Below, piece after piece: positions 53,501 to 63,464 of a stretch of 64,000 bases of DNA (positions are counted from its first letter, which is position 1; the number at the start of each line of letters is the position of its first letter). Source of the stretch: Coraliomargarita sp. (GTDB lineage Bacteria; Verrucomicrobiota; Verrucomicrobiia; Opitutales; Coraliomargaritaceae); assembly GCA_965216325.1 (NCBI GenBank), contig OZ244160.1, forward strand, positions 1,120,001 through 1,184,000, written 5' to 3'. The notes under the pieces are model-generated. The model did not search any database. It worked only from the letters and a program-made list of their open reading frames with translations, and was not told the DNA's origin. The translations under genes and the position numbers were made by a program.

Positions 53501-53587
53501 ACTTCCAACATCCAATAGTGAACCTTCACTAGACGCCCGAGTTAAGCGGCCGATGTTCGACCTTGAATGTTAAGCGTTCGATGTTCG
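53486..53587. repeat. Inverted pair of imperfect heptamer tandem arrays (AACRTCG-like)
   Basis: AACGTCG AGCATTG AACTTCC AACATCC AATAGTG versus CGATGTT CGACCTT GAATGTT AAGCGTT CGATGTT. Confidence 0.6.
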
Positions 53588-54595
53588 CCAAGCTTTGGCG
53601 TAGTCTTTCGCAAAGTATGTCAGGATGCTGTCCGCACCCGCACGGCGGATCGCCAGTAGCGACTCATCACGGCAACGCTCAAGATCCAACCAGCCATTTT
53701 GTGCAGCTGCCATGATTTGTGCATACTCACCGGAAACCTGATAGGCTGCCAGTGGCAAATCGGTCTCTTCACGGACTTCGCGAATGATGTCGAGATACGG
53801 ACCGGCTGGCTTCACCATTAGGATGTCAGCGCCCTCCTCCTCGTCTAGGTTCACTTCGATGAGTGCCTCGCGGCGGTTCGCTGGATTGAGCTGGTAGGTT
53901 CGCTTGTCCAAAGCATGCGTGCCTGCGCTGCTGGCACTCCCCACAGCATCTCGGAAAGGCCCATAAAATGCAGATGCGAACTTCGCGGAGTAAGCCATAA
54001 TCGCAGTCTGTTCGAAACCGTTGCCATCCAAAGCCTCACGAATCGCTCCGACACGGCCATCCATCATATCCGACGGAGCGACCACGTCCACACCCGCCTC
54101 GGCTGCCAGCACCGCCATTTCGGCGAGAATTTCGACCGTCGCATCATTGGCCAAATCGCCGCTTGCGACATCCAGTAGGCCGTCGTGACCGTGTGTCGTA
54201 TACGGATCCAATGCGAGATCAGTGATCACCGCGATTTCCGGCACCTCCTTTTTCAGCGCACGAATCGCACGCAAGACTAGTGTGTCCGGATTCAAGGCCT
54301 CGCGGCCCTCGTCAGTTTTCAGTGAGTCGTCCAACTTCGGAAACAGCGCCACCGCTTGGATTCCGAGGGCCGCCAGTTCCTGACACTCCTGCACCAGATG
54401 CGCGATTGAGAAACGCAATTGGCCCGGCATCGAGTCAATTGCTTCAGGAGCTTCGTCACCATCAACTACGAATACCGGCTGAATCAAATGTTCAGGCAGC
54501 ACGTCCGTTTCATTTGCCAATGCGCGAAGTGCAGCGCTGCGGCGCATGCGGCGTGGACGACGAGTGAGATCAAGGCGGTATTGGTTAGCTCCCAT
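53570..54595 (-). CDS. hemB: Porphobilinogen synthase (Asp-rich, non-Zn type)
   Basis: RPRRMR, DLALDPYTTHGHDG, APSDMMDGR, MVKPA, YQVSGEY. Confidence 0.96.
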   Translation of the reverse strand: MGANQYRLDLTRRPRRMRRSAALRALANETDVLPEHLIQPVFVVDGDEAPEAIDSMPGQLRFSIAHLVQECQELAALGIQAVALFPKLDDSLKTDEGREALNPDTLVLRAIRALKKEVPEIAVITDLALDPYTTHGHDGLLDVASGDLANDATVEILAEMAVLAAEAGVDVVAPSDMMDGRVGAIREALDGNGFEQTAIMAYSAKFASAFYGPFRDAVGSASSAGTHALDKRTYQLNPANRREALIEVNLDEEEGADILMVKPAGPYLDIIREVREETDLPLAAYQVSGEYAQIMAAAQNGWLDLERCRDESLLAIRRAGADSILTYFAKDYAKAWRTSNA

Positions 54596-54892
54596 GGCTC
54601 AAACAGTGCCCAGCGAGCGAAAAAGTGGAAGTGCAAAATGAGGCCTCAGACTGTCGTTTTGCGGCAATGGCGACAGCCCTCGGAACAATAGCGAACCTCG
54701 GACCAACAGCTTTTCCACTTTTTTCTCTATTTAAACGGACGTTGGCATACCGGGCAGATTTTCGCGGGTAGATGCTCTTTTAAGACAGTTTTACCATTAC
54801 GGCGCATACGCTGATGGATCGTGATGCACAGCCAGAACTTTCGGTCTGAATGATTTTCAGTAGGTTTCTGTGTTACATCGCGATCAGTTCAC

Positions 54893-56068
54893 ATGCATCT
54901 ACCGACGAGATCTGCTGCCCTTTCGGCGCTGAAAACGTTTCTACCCCACGCGGCTGAGAAATACACACGCGAGCGGAATTATGCCTACGATTCGGATGGT
55001 TCAAACAGTGTTTCTGGTCTGTCACCATGGATACGGATGCGCATGCTCACTGAGTGTGAAGTGCTTCAGGCTGTAATGGATCTCCATGGTGAAGCCGCCC
55101 CATTGAAGTTTATTGATGAGGTTTGTTGGAGAACTTACTGGAAGGGTTGGCTCGAGCAAAGGCCTAGTATTTGGTGGGACTACTTGCAGCAACGCGCACG
55201 ATTACTGGCTGAATTCAACGATAACGTGAGCTACAACAATGCGATCAAAGCCGAGACGGGGATCGCGTTTTTTGACGCTGTCACACGAGAGCTCAATCAA
55301 ACCGGATATCTGCACAACCACAGCCGGATGTGGTATGCCAGTATTTGGATCCACACGCTACAGTTGCCATGGGAATTAGGAGCCGATTGGTTTCTGAGAC
55401 ATTTGCTCGATGGCGATCCTGCATCAAACACACTGAACTGGCGCTGGGTTGCCGGTTTACACACGCGCGACAAGGCCTATCTCGCACAGCCCAATAACAT
55501 CCATACATTTACTTCTGGAAGATTCATTGTGGACTACCCGCTGGCCACAGAGCCGGTCCACGCACAATTTGTTGAGCACCCAGCGCCTCAGATGCTCCGT
55601 CAGGAGACCTCTGTATGGACCTCTGCGAAGTGTGTACTACTCGTCACGGACGAAGATCTCAGCAGTCCGGAATGGCTGGGGCAGCAAGTCAGTCACCAGG
55701 CAGTCGTTGGCTTCCTACCACTTGCTACGTATCGTGAACTCAGCATCTCCCAACGAGTGATCGACTTCCGTAAGGCCTGTCTCCTGGATAAACTCAATGG
55801 CCCACTCTTCACCGAGATTGACGAACTTCAGCACTGGCTAAGTAAACATGCTTTGGACGGCGTTGTAATGGCGATGCCTCCTGTTGGACTGTGGGATTCC
55901 TTACTGCCGAGACTTGAGACTGCCCTACAGCAATCGAATCGTCAGCTGATCCTCCGACGCCACTGGTGGGATGCCTATCTATATCCCTTTGCGAGACATG
56001 GCTTCTTTAAATTCAAAAAAGCAATTCCGAGTGCATTAAAGCATCTAAAAGAGCACACCGCACAGTAA
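54893..56068 (+). CDS. Photolyase-family protein with N-terminal FAD-binding domain (inverted-domain type)
   Basis: SGLSPWIR, FIDEVCWRTYW, GYLHNHSRMWYASIW, LLDGDPASNTLNWRWVAG all lie in the first ~200 aa. Confidence 0.82.
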   Translation: MHLPTRSAALSALKTFLPHAAEKYTRERNYAYDSDGSNSVSGLSPWIRMRMLTECEVLQAVMDLHGEAAPLKFIDEVCWRTYWKGWLEQRPSIWWDYLQQRARLLAEFNDNVSYNNAIKAETGIAFFDAVTRELNQTGYLHNHSRMWYASIWIHTLQLPWELGADWFLRHLLDGDPASNTLNWRWVAGLHTRDKAYLAQPNNIHTFTSGRFIVDYPLATEPVHAQFVEHPAPQMLRQETSVWTSAKCVLLVTDEDLSSPEWLGQQVSHQAVVGFLPLATYRELSISQRVIDFRKACLLDKLNGPLFTEIDELQHWLSKHALDGVVMAMPPVGLWDSLLPRLETALQQSNRQLILRRHWWDAYLYPFARHGFFKFKKAIPSALKHLKEHTAQ

Positions 56069-56307
56069 TGCCTGATAACAAAAGCAATCGTCGTCAGTAT
56101 AATGCGCACCCTTTACCGAATGGAGAGGGGCATCAGATAATTTATGAATCCGGGTCATCTAGAAAGGTGCATCACTTTCCTTGTCAGGCTGAAGGACATG
56201 AACTGATTCCACACGCCGCTGGGTCCTTTCACAACCCTACACGTCATTACGAACTGATGCAGCGAATCGAAAAGTACATAAGGGACAACAGAGATGAATG
56301 CCGTTGA
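56068..56307 (+). CDS. Hypothetical protein
   Basis: TAATG coupling to the photolyase stop; overlaps the start of the next gene. Confidence 0.5.
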   Translation: MPDNKSNRRQYNAHPLPNGEGHQIIYESGSSRKVHHFPCQAEGHELIPHAAGSFHNPTRHYELMQRIEKYIRDNRDECR

Positions 56308-56632
56308 AGTTATTTCCCTAATGTGTGCGTTATCCTTCCTTGGCTATGGCACAACTTGTCTCCTCAGTGCACACATGGTAGCTGAGTTTGAGCGATACGG
56401 TATTCCTCAGTTTCGTTTGATCACTGGTCTATTGCAGCTACTTGCTGCCCTCGGCCTAGTGCTTGGGCTCGTTTTGCCCGTCGTCGGTGCATTATCAGCA
56501 GCCGGTCTATCGCTACAAATGGCCTGTGGAGTTAGCGTTCGCATACGGATCGGTGACAGACTGCAACAATGTCTGCCTGCAGCTGTATTCATGTTCATCT
56601 GCGGTTATCTGGCGGTTGCGCTAATTAAATAA
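56294..56632 (+). CDS. DoxX-family membrane protein
   Basis: EFERYG..FRLITGLLQLLAALGL; four TM helices. Confidence 0.8.
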   Translation: MNAVEVISLMCALSFLGYGTTCLLSAHMVAEFERYGIPQFRLITGLLQLLAALGLVLGLVLPVVGALSAAGLSLQMACGVSVRIRIGDRLQQCLPAAVFMFICGYLAVALIK

Positions 56633-56984
56633 TTAGAATCAGCGAGAGTATCAGCATACAAGCTGCAGGCAGATAGCGCTGTAAGGGGTCGCGCACCTTG
56701 GCATGCATTAGAATCGCTCCAGTCATCAAGACCGCAATCGTCGTCGCCGCTGGTAACAAAAGCAGTGGAAATACGATCGCAAGCAGTAGCATTAGCGCAG
56801 CCGTTAGCTTAAGAAACCCGACGAAATAAAAAACAGGCGCTGGTAATCCGTATGCAGAAAACTCATCCTTTAAGCTACGCGCTCCACCACCCCGATATTT
56901 GGTTACTCGATGGTAACGGATGAGCCAAACGTTGAAGATTCCACATGCGATAATCAGTTGTAAGGTAATGTCTATAAAGTGCAT
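56625..56984 (-). CDS. DoxX-family membrane protein
   Basis: NVWLIR..YRGGGARSLKDEFSAYGLP..VGFLKL..MTGAILMHAKVRD. Confidence 0.8.
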   Translation of the reverse strand: MHFIDITLQLIIACGIFNVWLIRYHRVTKYRGGGARSLKDEFSAYGLPAPVFYFVGFLKLTAALMLLLAIVFPLLLLPAATTIAVLMTGAILMHAKVRDPLQRYLPAACMLILSLILII

Positions 56985-57128
56985 GGATGAGACCTATCGT
57001 CCCCAACACAGAAAACTTACTTTACATTAGCGGCACCACACCGACTACATGAATCGCTCTATGGCCTGCGCGCATGCACGCACAACCGGTACCGAAAACC
57101 GTGGGCACTTATGGAATGCGATCCGCCA

Positions 57129-58247
57129 CTAGTATGTCTGCATCGATGGGTCGATCTGCTCGGCCCAAGCAAGAATACCTCCACGCAGGCTTTTCAAGTG
57201 CTTGAAGCGATAGTTTGCCTGCATGGCCTCCGCAGCCTTCAAGCTGCGAACTCCACCTTTGCAATAGACATAGGTCGGTTTGTCAGGATCGTAGCCCAGT
57301 GCCGAGAAGTCGACGGTACCATCAAGAATCTGCCCGAGTGGGACATGCTCACCAGGAAGATTGCAAATCGCACGCTCCCAATCCTCACGCACATCGAGCA
57401 GTTGATACTCAGAGGTATCCGCCTGTAACTCAGCAGGACTGACTTCAGTCACAGAGTCTTGCTGCGCAACGCTACAGCTATAATCAATGAGCTTAAGCTC
57501 CTTCACTGCAGCCTGCTCCGGCACACGACTAAAGTTGATCAACTGTTGACGCATACTCAGCGCATCGAAGGTCAGCAACTTGCCGCTCAGCGGTTCACCG
57601 ATTCCGGTAAGCACTTTGATTGTCTCCGTTGCTTGAATCATACCAATCATTCCAGGCAGCACGCCTACCACTCCGATCTCTGAGCAATTCGGCGAATTCT
57701 CAGGTCGTGGTGGCTCTGGGAACAAACAGCGATACGTCGGCCCTCCTTCGAAATTGAAGACACTCGCCTGCCCTTGGAAGGTATACAGCGCACCGTAAAT
57801 CAGTGGCTTATTCGCCAGCACGCAGGCGTCGTTAATCAAATAGCGGCTGGGGAAATTATCCGTGCCATCGATGATCACGTCATACGGACCAATCAGATCC
57901 AGAGCATTTTCGACGCCTAAGCGAGTCACGTGCGGCACGCAGCCGATATGCGGATTCATTGCCTGTAATTTAGCTGCAGCGAGTTCCGCCTTCGGCTGCC
58001 CGACTTCAGATTCGTTGAACAAAATCTGGCGCTGCAAATTAGACAGGCTGACGACATCGTCATCCACAATGCCAAGGGTGCCGACACCTGCTGCAGCAAG
58101 ATACTGCAGCACCGGGCACCCCAAACCACCCGCTCCGACAACGAGGACTTTTGCCTGTTTGAGCATCAGTTGAGCAGGCTCGCCAAAACTGGGCAGCGTC
58201 AAATGTCGCTGATAGCGCAGTATCTCCTCTTTGCTTAATGGTGTCAT
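57129..58247 (-). CDS. moeB: MoeB/ThiF adenylyltransferase fused to a C-terminal rhodanese (MoeZ/MoeBR type)
   Basis: RYQRHL, VVGAGGLG, SNLQRQ, DGTDNF, NCSEIGVVG; rhodanese DVRE..YCKGGVRS..LRGGILAW; ATG at 58247. Confidence 0.88.
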   Translation of the reverse strand: MTPLSKEEILRYQRHLTLPSFGEPAQLMLKQAKVLVVGAGGLGCPVLQYLAAAGVGTLGIVDDDVVSLSNLQRQILFNESEVGQPKAELAAAKLQAMNPHIGCVPHVTRLGVENALDLIGPYDVIIDGTDNFPSRYLINDACVLANKPLIYGALYTFQGQASVFNFEGGPTYRCLFPEPPRPENSPNCSEIGVVGVLPGMIGMIQATETIKVLTGIGEPLSGKLLTFDALSMRQQLINFSRVPEQAAVKELKLIDYSCSVAQQDSVTEVSPAELQADTSEYQLLDVREDWERAICNLPGEHVPLGQILDGTVDFSALGYDPDKPTYVYCKGGVRSLKAAEAMQANYRFKHLKSLRGGILAWAEQIDPSMQTY

Positions 58248-58374
58248 CTGACCGTAGCCTCCATGCGCACACTCTGGCCATTGTCTGAAACAAGGCAAAG
58301 TGCAAAATAATCGATCTTCGCACAAAGGACGACTTACACTTGACAGGCGATTCCATGCCGCACTTTTTTGTCGG

Positions 58375-58478
58375 CCTTCCTTAGGGGTGACCTGGTATGG
58401 GTCTGAGATGCTTCCTTGCTTCGGCACAGAACGATCCCTTTGAACCTGATCCGGTTGACACCGGCGTAGGGAAAGGAA
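58375..58478 (+). ncRNA. TPP (thi-box) riboswitch
   Basis: TAGGGGTG..CTGAGA..CCCTTTGAACCTGATCCGGTTGACACCGGCGTAGGGAA; TTGACA at 58340. Confidence 0.93.
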
Positions 58479-58554
58479 TGGAACGCTCACGTGAGTGTTT
58501 CGCCTTTCGTTCGCCAAGGCCGGGTCTCAAACAACACACATATTGAGATCCAAC

Positions 58555-60645
58555 ATGAGCATCCAACGAACATCACTCGCATTCGCTGCAGTTCTGACTG
58601 CGAGCTTGAATGCGCAAACTGAGCCCGTCGCTAGCGACGCGGCCGACAACGCCGTCCAAATTCCAGAGACAATTGTCACCGGCACGCTGTGGGAATCCGA
58701 CCTGCAAAAGACCACCGCGAGTATTACCGTGATCGACGAACAACGCCTCAAGCGCAGTGGCACGCAGCACTTCGGAGATCTGATTAACGCGATCCCGAAC
58801 CTTAGCTGGTCCGGCGGTTCCTCACGTCCTCGCTATATCCAAATTCGTGGTATCGGTGAGAACTCTCAATTTGAGGGCGAGACGCCGGATTCGTCCGTGC
58901 GCTTCCTAATCGACGACCTTGACTTCACTGGTCTCGGCACCATCGGCAACCTTTTCGACACCCAGCAAGTTGAAGTCTTGCGCGGTCCACAAGCCGGTGC
59001 ATTCGGCGTGAATGCTGCAGGTGGTGTGATCCAAGTCGTGACCAACGACCCAACTCCTTACTGGACTGGCCAAGTCGAAGGCACTGCAGGTAATGATAGT
59101 CTCTTCGCTGGTGGCGTTGCGGTGGGCGGTCCGCTGCTTAAGAACGACCCAGAACAACTCACTTTCCGCTTCTCTGCCTATCAGCTCCAGCAAGACGGTT
59201 TCCGAGACAACAAGTTCCTTGGTAAAGATGACACCAACGAGCGCGACGAGCTGAACACCCGCCTGAAGCTGCGCTGGATCGCCAACCAAGACTGGCAGTG
59301 GGATGGCACCCTCTTCTATGCCGATGCCGACAACGGCTATGACGAGTGGTCGCTCGACAACACCGAATTCGACACCTATTCGGATCAGCCCGGGCGTGAT
59401 GAGCAGGAGAGCTTTGCGACCAGCGTTCGCGGTGCATGGACCGGTCTGGATAAAGTCGCTGTGACCACCATCACTAGCTTCTCAGATACAGACTCGCTGA
59501 ACAGCTTTGACGGCGACTGGGCTAACCCAATCGACAAACCAGACACGTATAGCGGCTTTGCATTTACTGAGCGCGAACGCCAACGCTGGAGCGAAGAATT
59601 GCGTTTTGACTCCGCAGATCAAGAAGACGCGCTAGGCTTCATCGACCGTTGGACAGCTGGCATTTACTTTGAAGACTTCGAAGAAGACACCGAATTCGGT
59701 GGTGACTTCGGCGCCTTTGACACGACGCTGGAGACCCAAACCTTCAGCTTCTATGGCCAAGGCACGCACCTCTTCAGTGACAGCACACGCCTCACGCTGG
59801 GCCTGCGTGCAGAATACTATGATTTGGAAACCAGTGTTGATTACTCAGAGCCCGCACTTGGCGACAACCCGGACTTTGACGACTGGTTGTTTGGCGGAAA
59901 GCTCACACTCGAGCACGATCTAACCGATACCAAAACGCTCTTCGCATCGATCGCAAAGGGCTATAAAGCGGGCGGCGCCAACATTTACCCAGAGCTTGAA
60001 GCAGACGTCCCAACCGACTACGACACCGAGGGCCTTTGGAACTACGAGTTGGGCCTTCGTGCCGACTGGTTCGAAGGCGCACTCATCACTCAAGTTACCG
60101 TCTTCTATCTGGATCGTGAGGATGCCCAGGTTCGCAGCTCTACCGGCCAAGGTATTGACTTCACTTACGCAACCGCGAATGCAGGAGACGCCGAGCACTA
60201 CGGCGCTGAATTCGAGGGCACTTGGTTTATAAACAAGAATTGGTCCATTAGCGCAGGTCTTGGGCTGCTAGACACAGAACTGGATGAAACTGGCGATGAT
60301 GTTTCCGGCGCTCCGAACTATACTTATAATGCGCGCATCGATTACGTCGCAGACAACGGCTTCTTTGCGAACTTCGAAGTCGTTGGAAGTGATGAATATT
60401 ACGAATCCAACAATCAGGACAACCGCAGCGAACGCACTCGTAGCGAATTCGCGGTGTTCAATGGTGCCGTTGGCTACCGCTATGACAACTGGACGCTCAC
60501 TCTCTGGGGGCGCAATCTTTTCGACGAAGAATATGAAAAGCGTGTGTTCTACTTCGGTAATGAGGGGCCAGACTACACGGCAACGCGCTACGAAAACCCA
60601 GCCGACCCACAACAGTTTGGTGCGACTCTGAATTACAGCTGGTAG
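58555..60645 (+). CDS. TonB-dependent receptor, probably for thiamine or a precursor
   Basis: Signal peptide, ETIVTG TonB box, plug IQIRGIG..EVLRGPQ, terminal aromatic NYSW; lies downstream of the TPP riboswitch. Confidence 0.9.
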   Translation: MSIQRTSLAFAAVLTASLNAQTEPVASDAADNAVQIPETIVTGTLWESDLQKTTASITVIDEQRLKRSGTQHFGDLINAIPNLSWSGGSSRPRYIQIRGIGENSQFEGETPDSSVRFLIDDLDFTGLGTIGNLFDTQQVEVLRGPQAGAFGVNAAGGVIQVVTNDPTPYWTGQVEGTAGNDSLFAGGVAVGGPLLKNDPEQLTFRFSAYQLQQDGFRDNKFLGKDDTNERDELNTRLKLRWIANQDWQWDGTLFYADADNGYDEWSLDNTEFDTYSDQPGRDEQESFATSVRGAWTGLDKVAVTTITSFSDTDSLNSFDGDWANPIDKPDTYSGFAFTERERQRWSEELRFDSADQEDALGFIDRWTAGIYFEDFEEDTEFGGDFGAFDTTLETQTFSFYGQGTHLFSDSTRLTLGLRAEYYDLETSVDYSEPALGDNPDFDDWLFGGKLTLEHDLTDTKTLFASIAKGYKAGGANIYPELEADVPTDYDTEGLWNYELGLRADWFEGALITQVTVFYLDREDAQVRSSTGQGIDFTYATANAGDAEHYGAEFEGTWFINKNWSISAGLGLLDTELDETGDDVSGAPNYTYNARIDYVADNGFFANFEVVGSDEYYESNNQDNRSERTRSEFAVFNGAVGYRYDNWTLTLWGRNLFDEEYEKRVFYFGNEGPDYTATRYENPADPQQFGATLNYSW

Positions 60646-60668
60646 ACTCAACCGATAGAATCACTTTC

Positions 60669-60700
60669 AAGAGGCGTCCAACACGGGCGCCTCTTTTATT
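60669..60700 (+). terminator. Intrinsic terminator of the TonB receptor gene
   Basis: AAGAGGCGTCC-AACAC-GGGCGCCTCTT followed by TTATT. Confidence 0.8.
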
Positions 60701-60705
60701 ATTTG

Positions 60706-60775
<70 letters not shown>

Positions 60776-61246
60776 CTATTCAATTGCGAGCACCTGGCCG
60801 TAGATCCCATTTGGCAGTTGAAAGCTCTCGCCTTTCTTGAGCCCCAGTAAACGCCCGGCCAGCGGCGACTGCGGTGTAATCACAGTTACCTCGTGGCCTT
60901 CCATCTGGACGACATGTCCTCCTGCGACTCCCGCAAAGAAGAAGTATTCTTCGGAGCCACCGAAATCGCATTTGAAATAAGCACCGAGTGCGACGCTATT
61001 CTTCAGCTTCAATAGCTCGTGCTTCTCAGCCTGAAGTTCTTCAATCGCCTCAGCCCATTGCCGCGCTTGGTCCGCTTGACCGGCAGCTAAGTATGATGCT
61101 TCCAGCCCTTGCGTATCCCACTGCGACTCTGCCTTCGCCTCCTCGTTCGTCGCATAATCGGCTGCATCTTTAGAGGCATCGATTGCATGCTTCAGTTCCG
61201 ATTCGAGGGTATTGATCAGAGTTTGGTAGAACAGTGCTTTATCCAT
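60776..61246 (-). CDS. GreA/GreB-family elongation factor-like protein
   Basis: N-terminal coiled coil with AESQWDTQGLEASYLAAGQ; C-terminal VITPQSPLAGRLLGLKKGE. Confidence 0.75.
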   Translation of the reverse strand: MDKALFYQTLINTLESELKHAIDASKDAADYATNEEAKAESQWDTQGLEASYLAAGQADQARQWAEAIEELQAEKHELLKLKNSVALGAYFKCDFGGSEEYFFFAGVAGGHVVQMEGHEVTVITPQSPLAGRLLGLKKGESFQLPNGIYGQVLAIE

Positions 61247-61434
61247 TGGTCGTGGGTTAGGAGGTAAGCGAGTAGACTTTCATCCTGCAAAGAGGGTTTC
61301 AACTCTTTTTCGCTCAGGTGCTTAACGCGAGCGGAGCGCGATTTGGCAGAACAATTATTGGCAGGACAATTTTCCTCGCTTGCGTATCGATCGAAATTGT
61401 TCAGCCAATAATTATTCTGCCCATTAACTGCTCA

Positions 61435-62406
61435 ATGAATTCCAATATTCAACGGACCTCCGCTTACAAACCCGCGCTGTTCTACTTTTGTATCTTCTGT
61501 TTGGGGTGGATCACGCTACTGCTCTACGCTGGTGGATTTACAACCACGATTCGTGCCGGCATGGCATTCCTGGATTGGCCGCTATCGAATGGCTCCATCA
61601 ATCCCGAAGGCTGGACCGTGGAATCCGATATGCGTGCTGAGCATAGTCACCGATTACTGGGAATGATTATCGGAAACTTGTCGCTGGTTCTGCTCCTGTG
61701 GATCTGGCTACGTGAAGAACGCTCAGCTGTTAGGATGCTTGCTCGTCTCTTAGTGCTAGTAGTTATACTTCAAGGCGTGTTGGGCGGTGCCCGGGTGCGC
61801 TTTGATTGGCTCGTAACCGAAGCTGATAACAATTTAGTTGGACAAAGCTTTGCGGTGATTCACGCATGCGGGGCGATGGTTGTGCTTGGGATCTTAGTTT
61901 CGATCACGATCCTCAGCTCACGACGCTGGATTGAGCGAGACGGCGGTTTGACTGAGCCCGTGGCCTGCTCCGCTCCGCAATGGGGCATAATTTCGACGAT
62001 CGGTATCTTCCTCCAAGTGCTCCTTGGGGCAATTATGCGTCATGCCGAAGCAGGGCTAGCGATTGTTAAGTTCCCGCTCGCTCAGCCGGGCAGTCTATTG
62101 CCTGCGTATTGGAATTTTGATGTCGGCATCCATTTCGCGCACCGCGTGGGGGCGGTGATGGTAACGGTGCTGCTGCTGATATTCCTGACAAAGCTCTGGA
62201 ATCACGATGCAACGCGACGCGCCCTATTCTGGGGCTTATTAGCTGTGCTTGGGCTGCTCTGTGTACAGATTTACCTCGGTGCACTCACCATCTGGACGGT
62301 AAGGAATCCTTATGTTGCAACCATTCACCACCTGATTGGTGCTTTTCTACTTGCCAGCACGTGGGCGCTAACTTTGTTCACTTATAGGCTGCGCAAGCGC
62401 AGCTAA
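61435..62406 (+). CDS. ctaA: Heme A synthase (COX15/CtaA)
   Basis: EHSHRLLG, QGVLGG, HFAHR, ATIHH; multiple TM helices. Confidence 0.88.
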   Translation: MNSNIQRTSAYKPALFYFCIFCLGWITLLLYAGGFTTTIRAGMAFLDWPLSNGSINPEGWTVESDMRAEHSHRLLGMIIGNLSLVLLLWIWLREERSAVRMLARLLVLVVILQGVLGGARVRFDWLVTEADNNLVGQSFAVIHACGAMVVLGILVSITILSSRRWIERDGGLTEPVACSAPQWGIISTIGIFLQVLLGAIMRHAEAGLAIVKFPLAQPGSLLPAYWNFDVGIHFAHRVGAVMVTVLLLIFLTKLWNHDATRRALFWGLLAVLGLLCVQIYLGALTIWTVRNPYVATIHHLIGAFLLASTWALTLFTYRLRKRS

Positions 62407-62447
62407 TCTACTGATACCCGGCACCGCTAGCCACATCTACCTTTTTG

Positions 62448-63371
62448 ATGAGTCAACACACGACGAATTCACCCACCTACACCCAAACTACTGAACAGTC
62501 CCTCTCACTACGCGAACAGCTCGTCGATTTCTACGAACTGACCAAACCGCGTTTGAGTTTTCTGTCGGTAATTACTGCAGTGGTCGGCTACCTGTCTGCC
62601 GATCCTGAGCGGAATTTGGGCATCCTCTTTAGCTTGCTGCTCGGCACTTCCTTTGCCGCAGGCGGCGCAGCAGTTCTGAACCAATGGTTGGAGCGTGACG
62701 CAGATGCCCGAATGGTGCGCACCCGCAACCGACCGATACCGGCTGGTCGGGTTAGCCCTCTTCATGCCTTTGCCTATGGTCTCGGGCTAAGCTTCGTGGG
62801 TTGCGGCCTACTACTCTGGGGCGCGAATCCGTTGGCTGCATCACTGACCGCAGCGACCATCGCATCCTACGTGCTGCTCTACACCCCACTCAAACGCCTG
62901 ACGACGTGGAATACAATCATCGGTGCAGTGCCAGGTGCCTTGCCCCCGCTCATCGGTTGGGCTGCAGCCGAAGGTTCGATCAGCACGCTTGGCTGGATTC
63001 TATTCGCGATTCTTTTCCTCTGGCAGCTTCCACACTTTTTCGCGATCGCGTGGACCCACCGTAAAGATTACGCACAGGGTGGGTTTGTGATGCTTTCGAA
63101 TGCAGACACAACTGGCCAGAAGGTCGCGGTTCAATCCTTTGTATTCAGTTTAGCCCTACTCATTAGCACCCTACTTCCTGTTATTTTAGGCTACGCAAGT
63201 TGGATCTTTGGAGCATTCGCCTTCATTATGGGCATCTACATGCTACGTCCGGCAATCGCATTTCTAAAGGCAGAACAACGTGACCAAGCCGCGCGCAAAC
63301 TCTTCATTGCATCCATTTGCTACCTACCAGCCCTACTCGTCCCGCTCGTTCTGGATCTGTGGCTAATATAA
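62448..63371 (+). CDS. ctaB: Protoheme IX farnesyltransferase (heme O synthase)
   Basis: LTKPR, NQWLERDADARMVRTRNRPIP, YTPLKR, GALPPLIGW, WQLPHF. Confidence 0.95.
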   Translation: MSQHTTNSPTYTQTTEQSLSLREQLVDFYELTKPRLSFLSVITAVVGYLSADPERNLGILFSLLLGTSFAAGGAAVLNQWLERDADARMVRTRNRPIPAGRVSPLHAFAYGLGLSFVGCGLLLWGANPLAASLTAATIASYVLLYTPLKRLTTWNTIIGAVPGALPPLIGWAAAEGSISTLGWILFAILFLWQLPHFFAIAWTHRKDYAQGGFVMLSNADTTGQKVAVQSFVFSLALLISTLLPVILGYASWIFGAFAFIMGIYMLRPAIAFLKAEQRDQAARKLFIASICYLPALLVPLVLDLWLI

Positions 63372-63374
63372 GAA

Positions 63375-63458
63375 ACTCTTAATCTTGATCCGAATCCGAC
63401 TCTCAATCCCAGTATTCAGAGCAGATTATGATTAAGCATTAAGATTACGATTAAGACT
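63375..63458. repeat. Inverted pair of imperfect hexamer arrays (AATCTT/AATCCG versus AAGATT/ACGATT)
   Basis: ACTCTT AATCTT GATCCG AATCCG ACTCTC AATCCC ... ATGATT..AAGATT ACGATT AAGACT. Confidence 0.55.
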
Positions 63459-63464
63459 TTAAAC

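Noticed and set aside
58377..58388. TTCCTTAGGGGT shared by the TPP riboswitch and candidate sRNA B
   Set aside because: The sRNA candidates lack CTGAGA and GAACCTGAT; a short match is probably chance.
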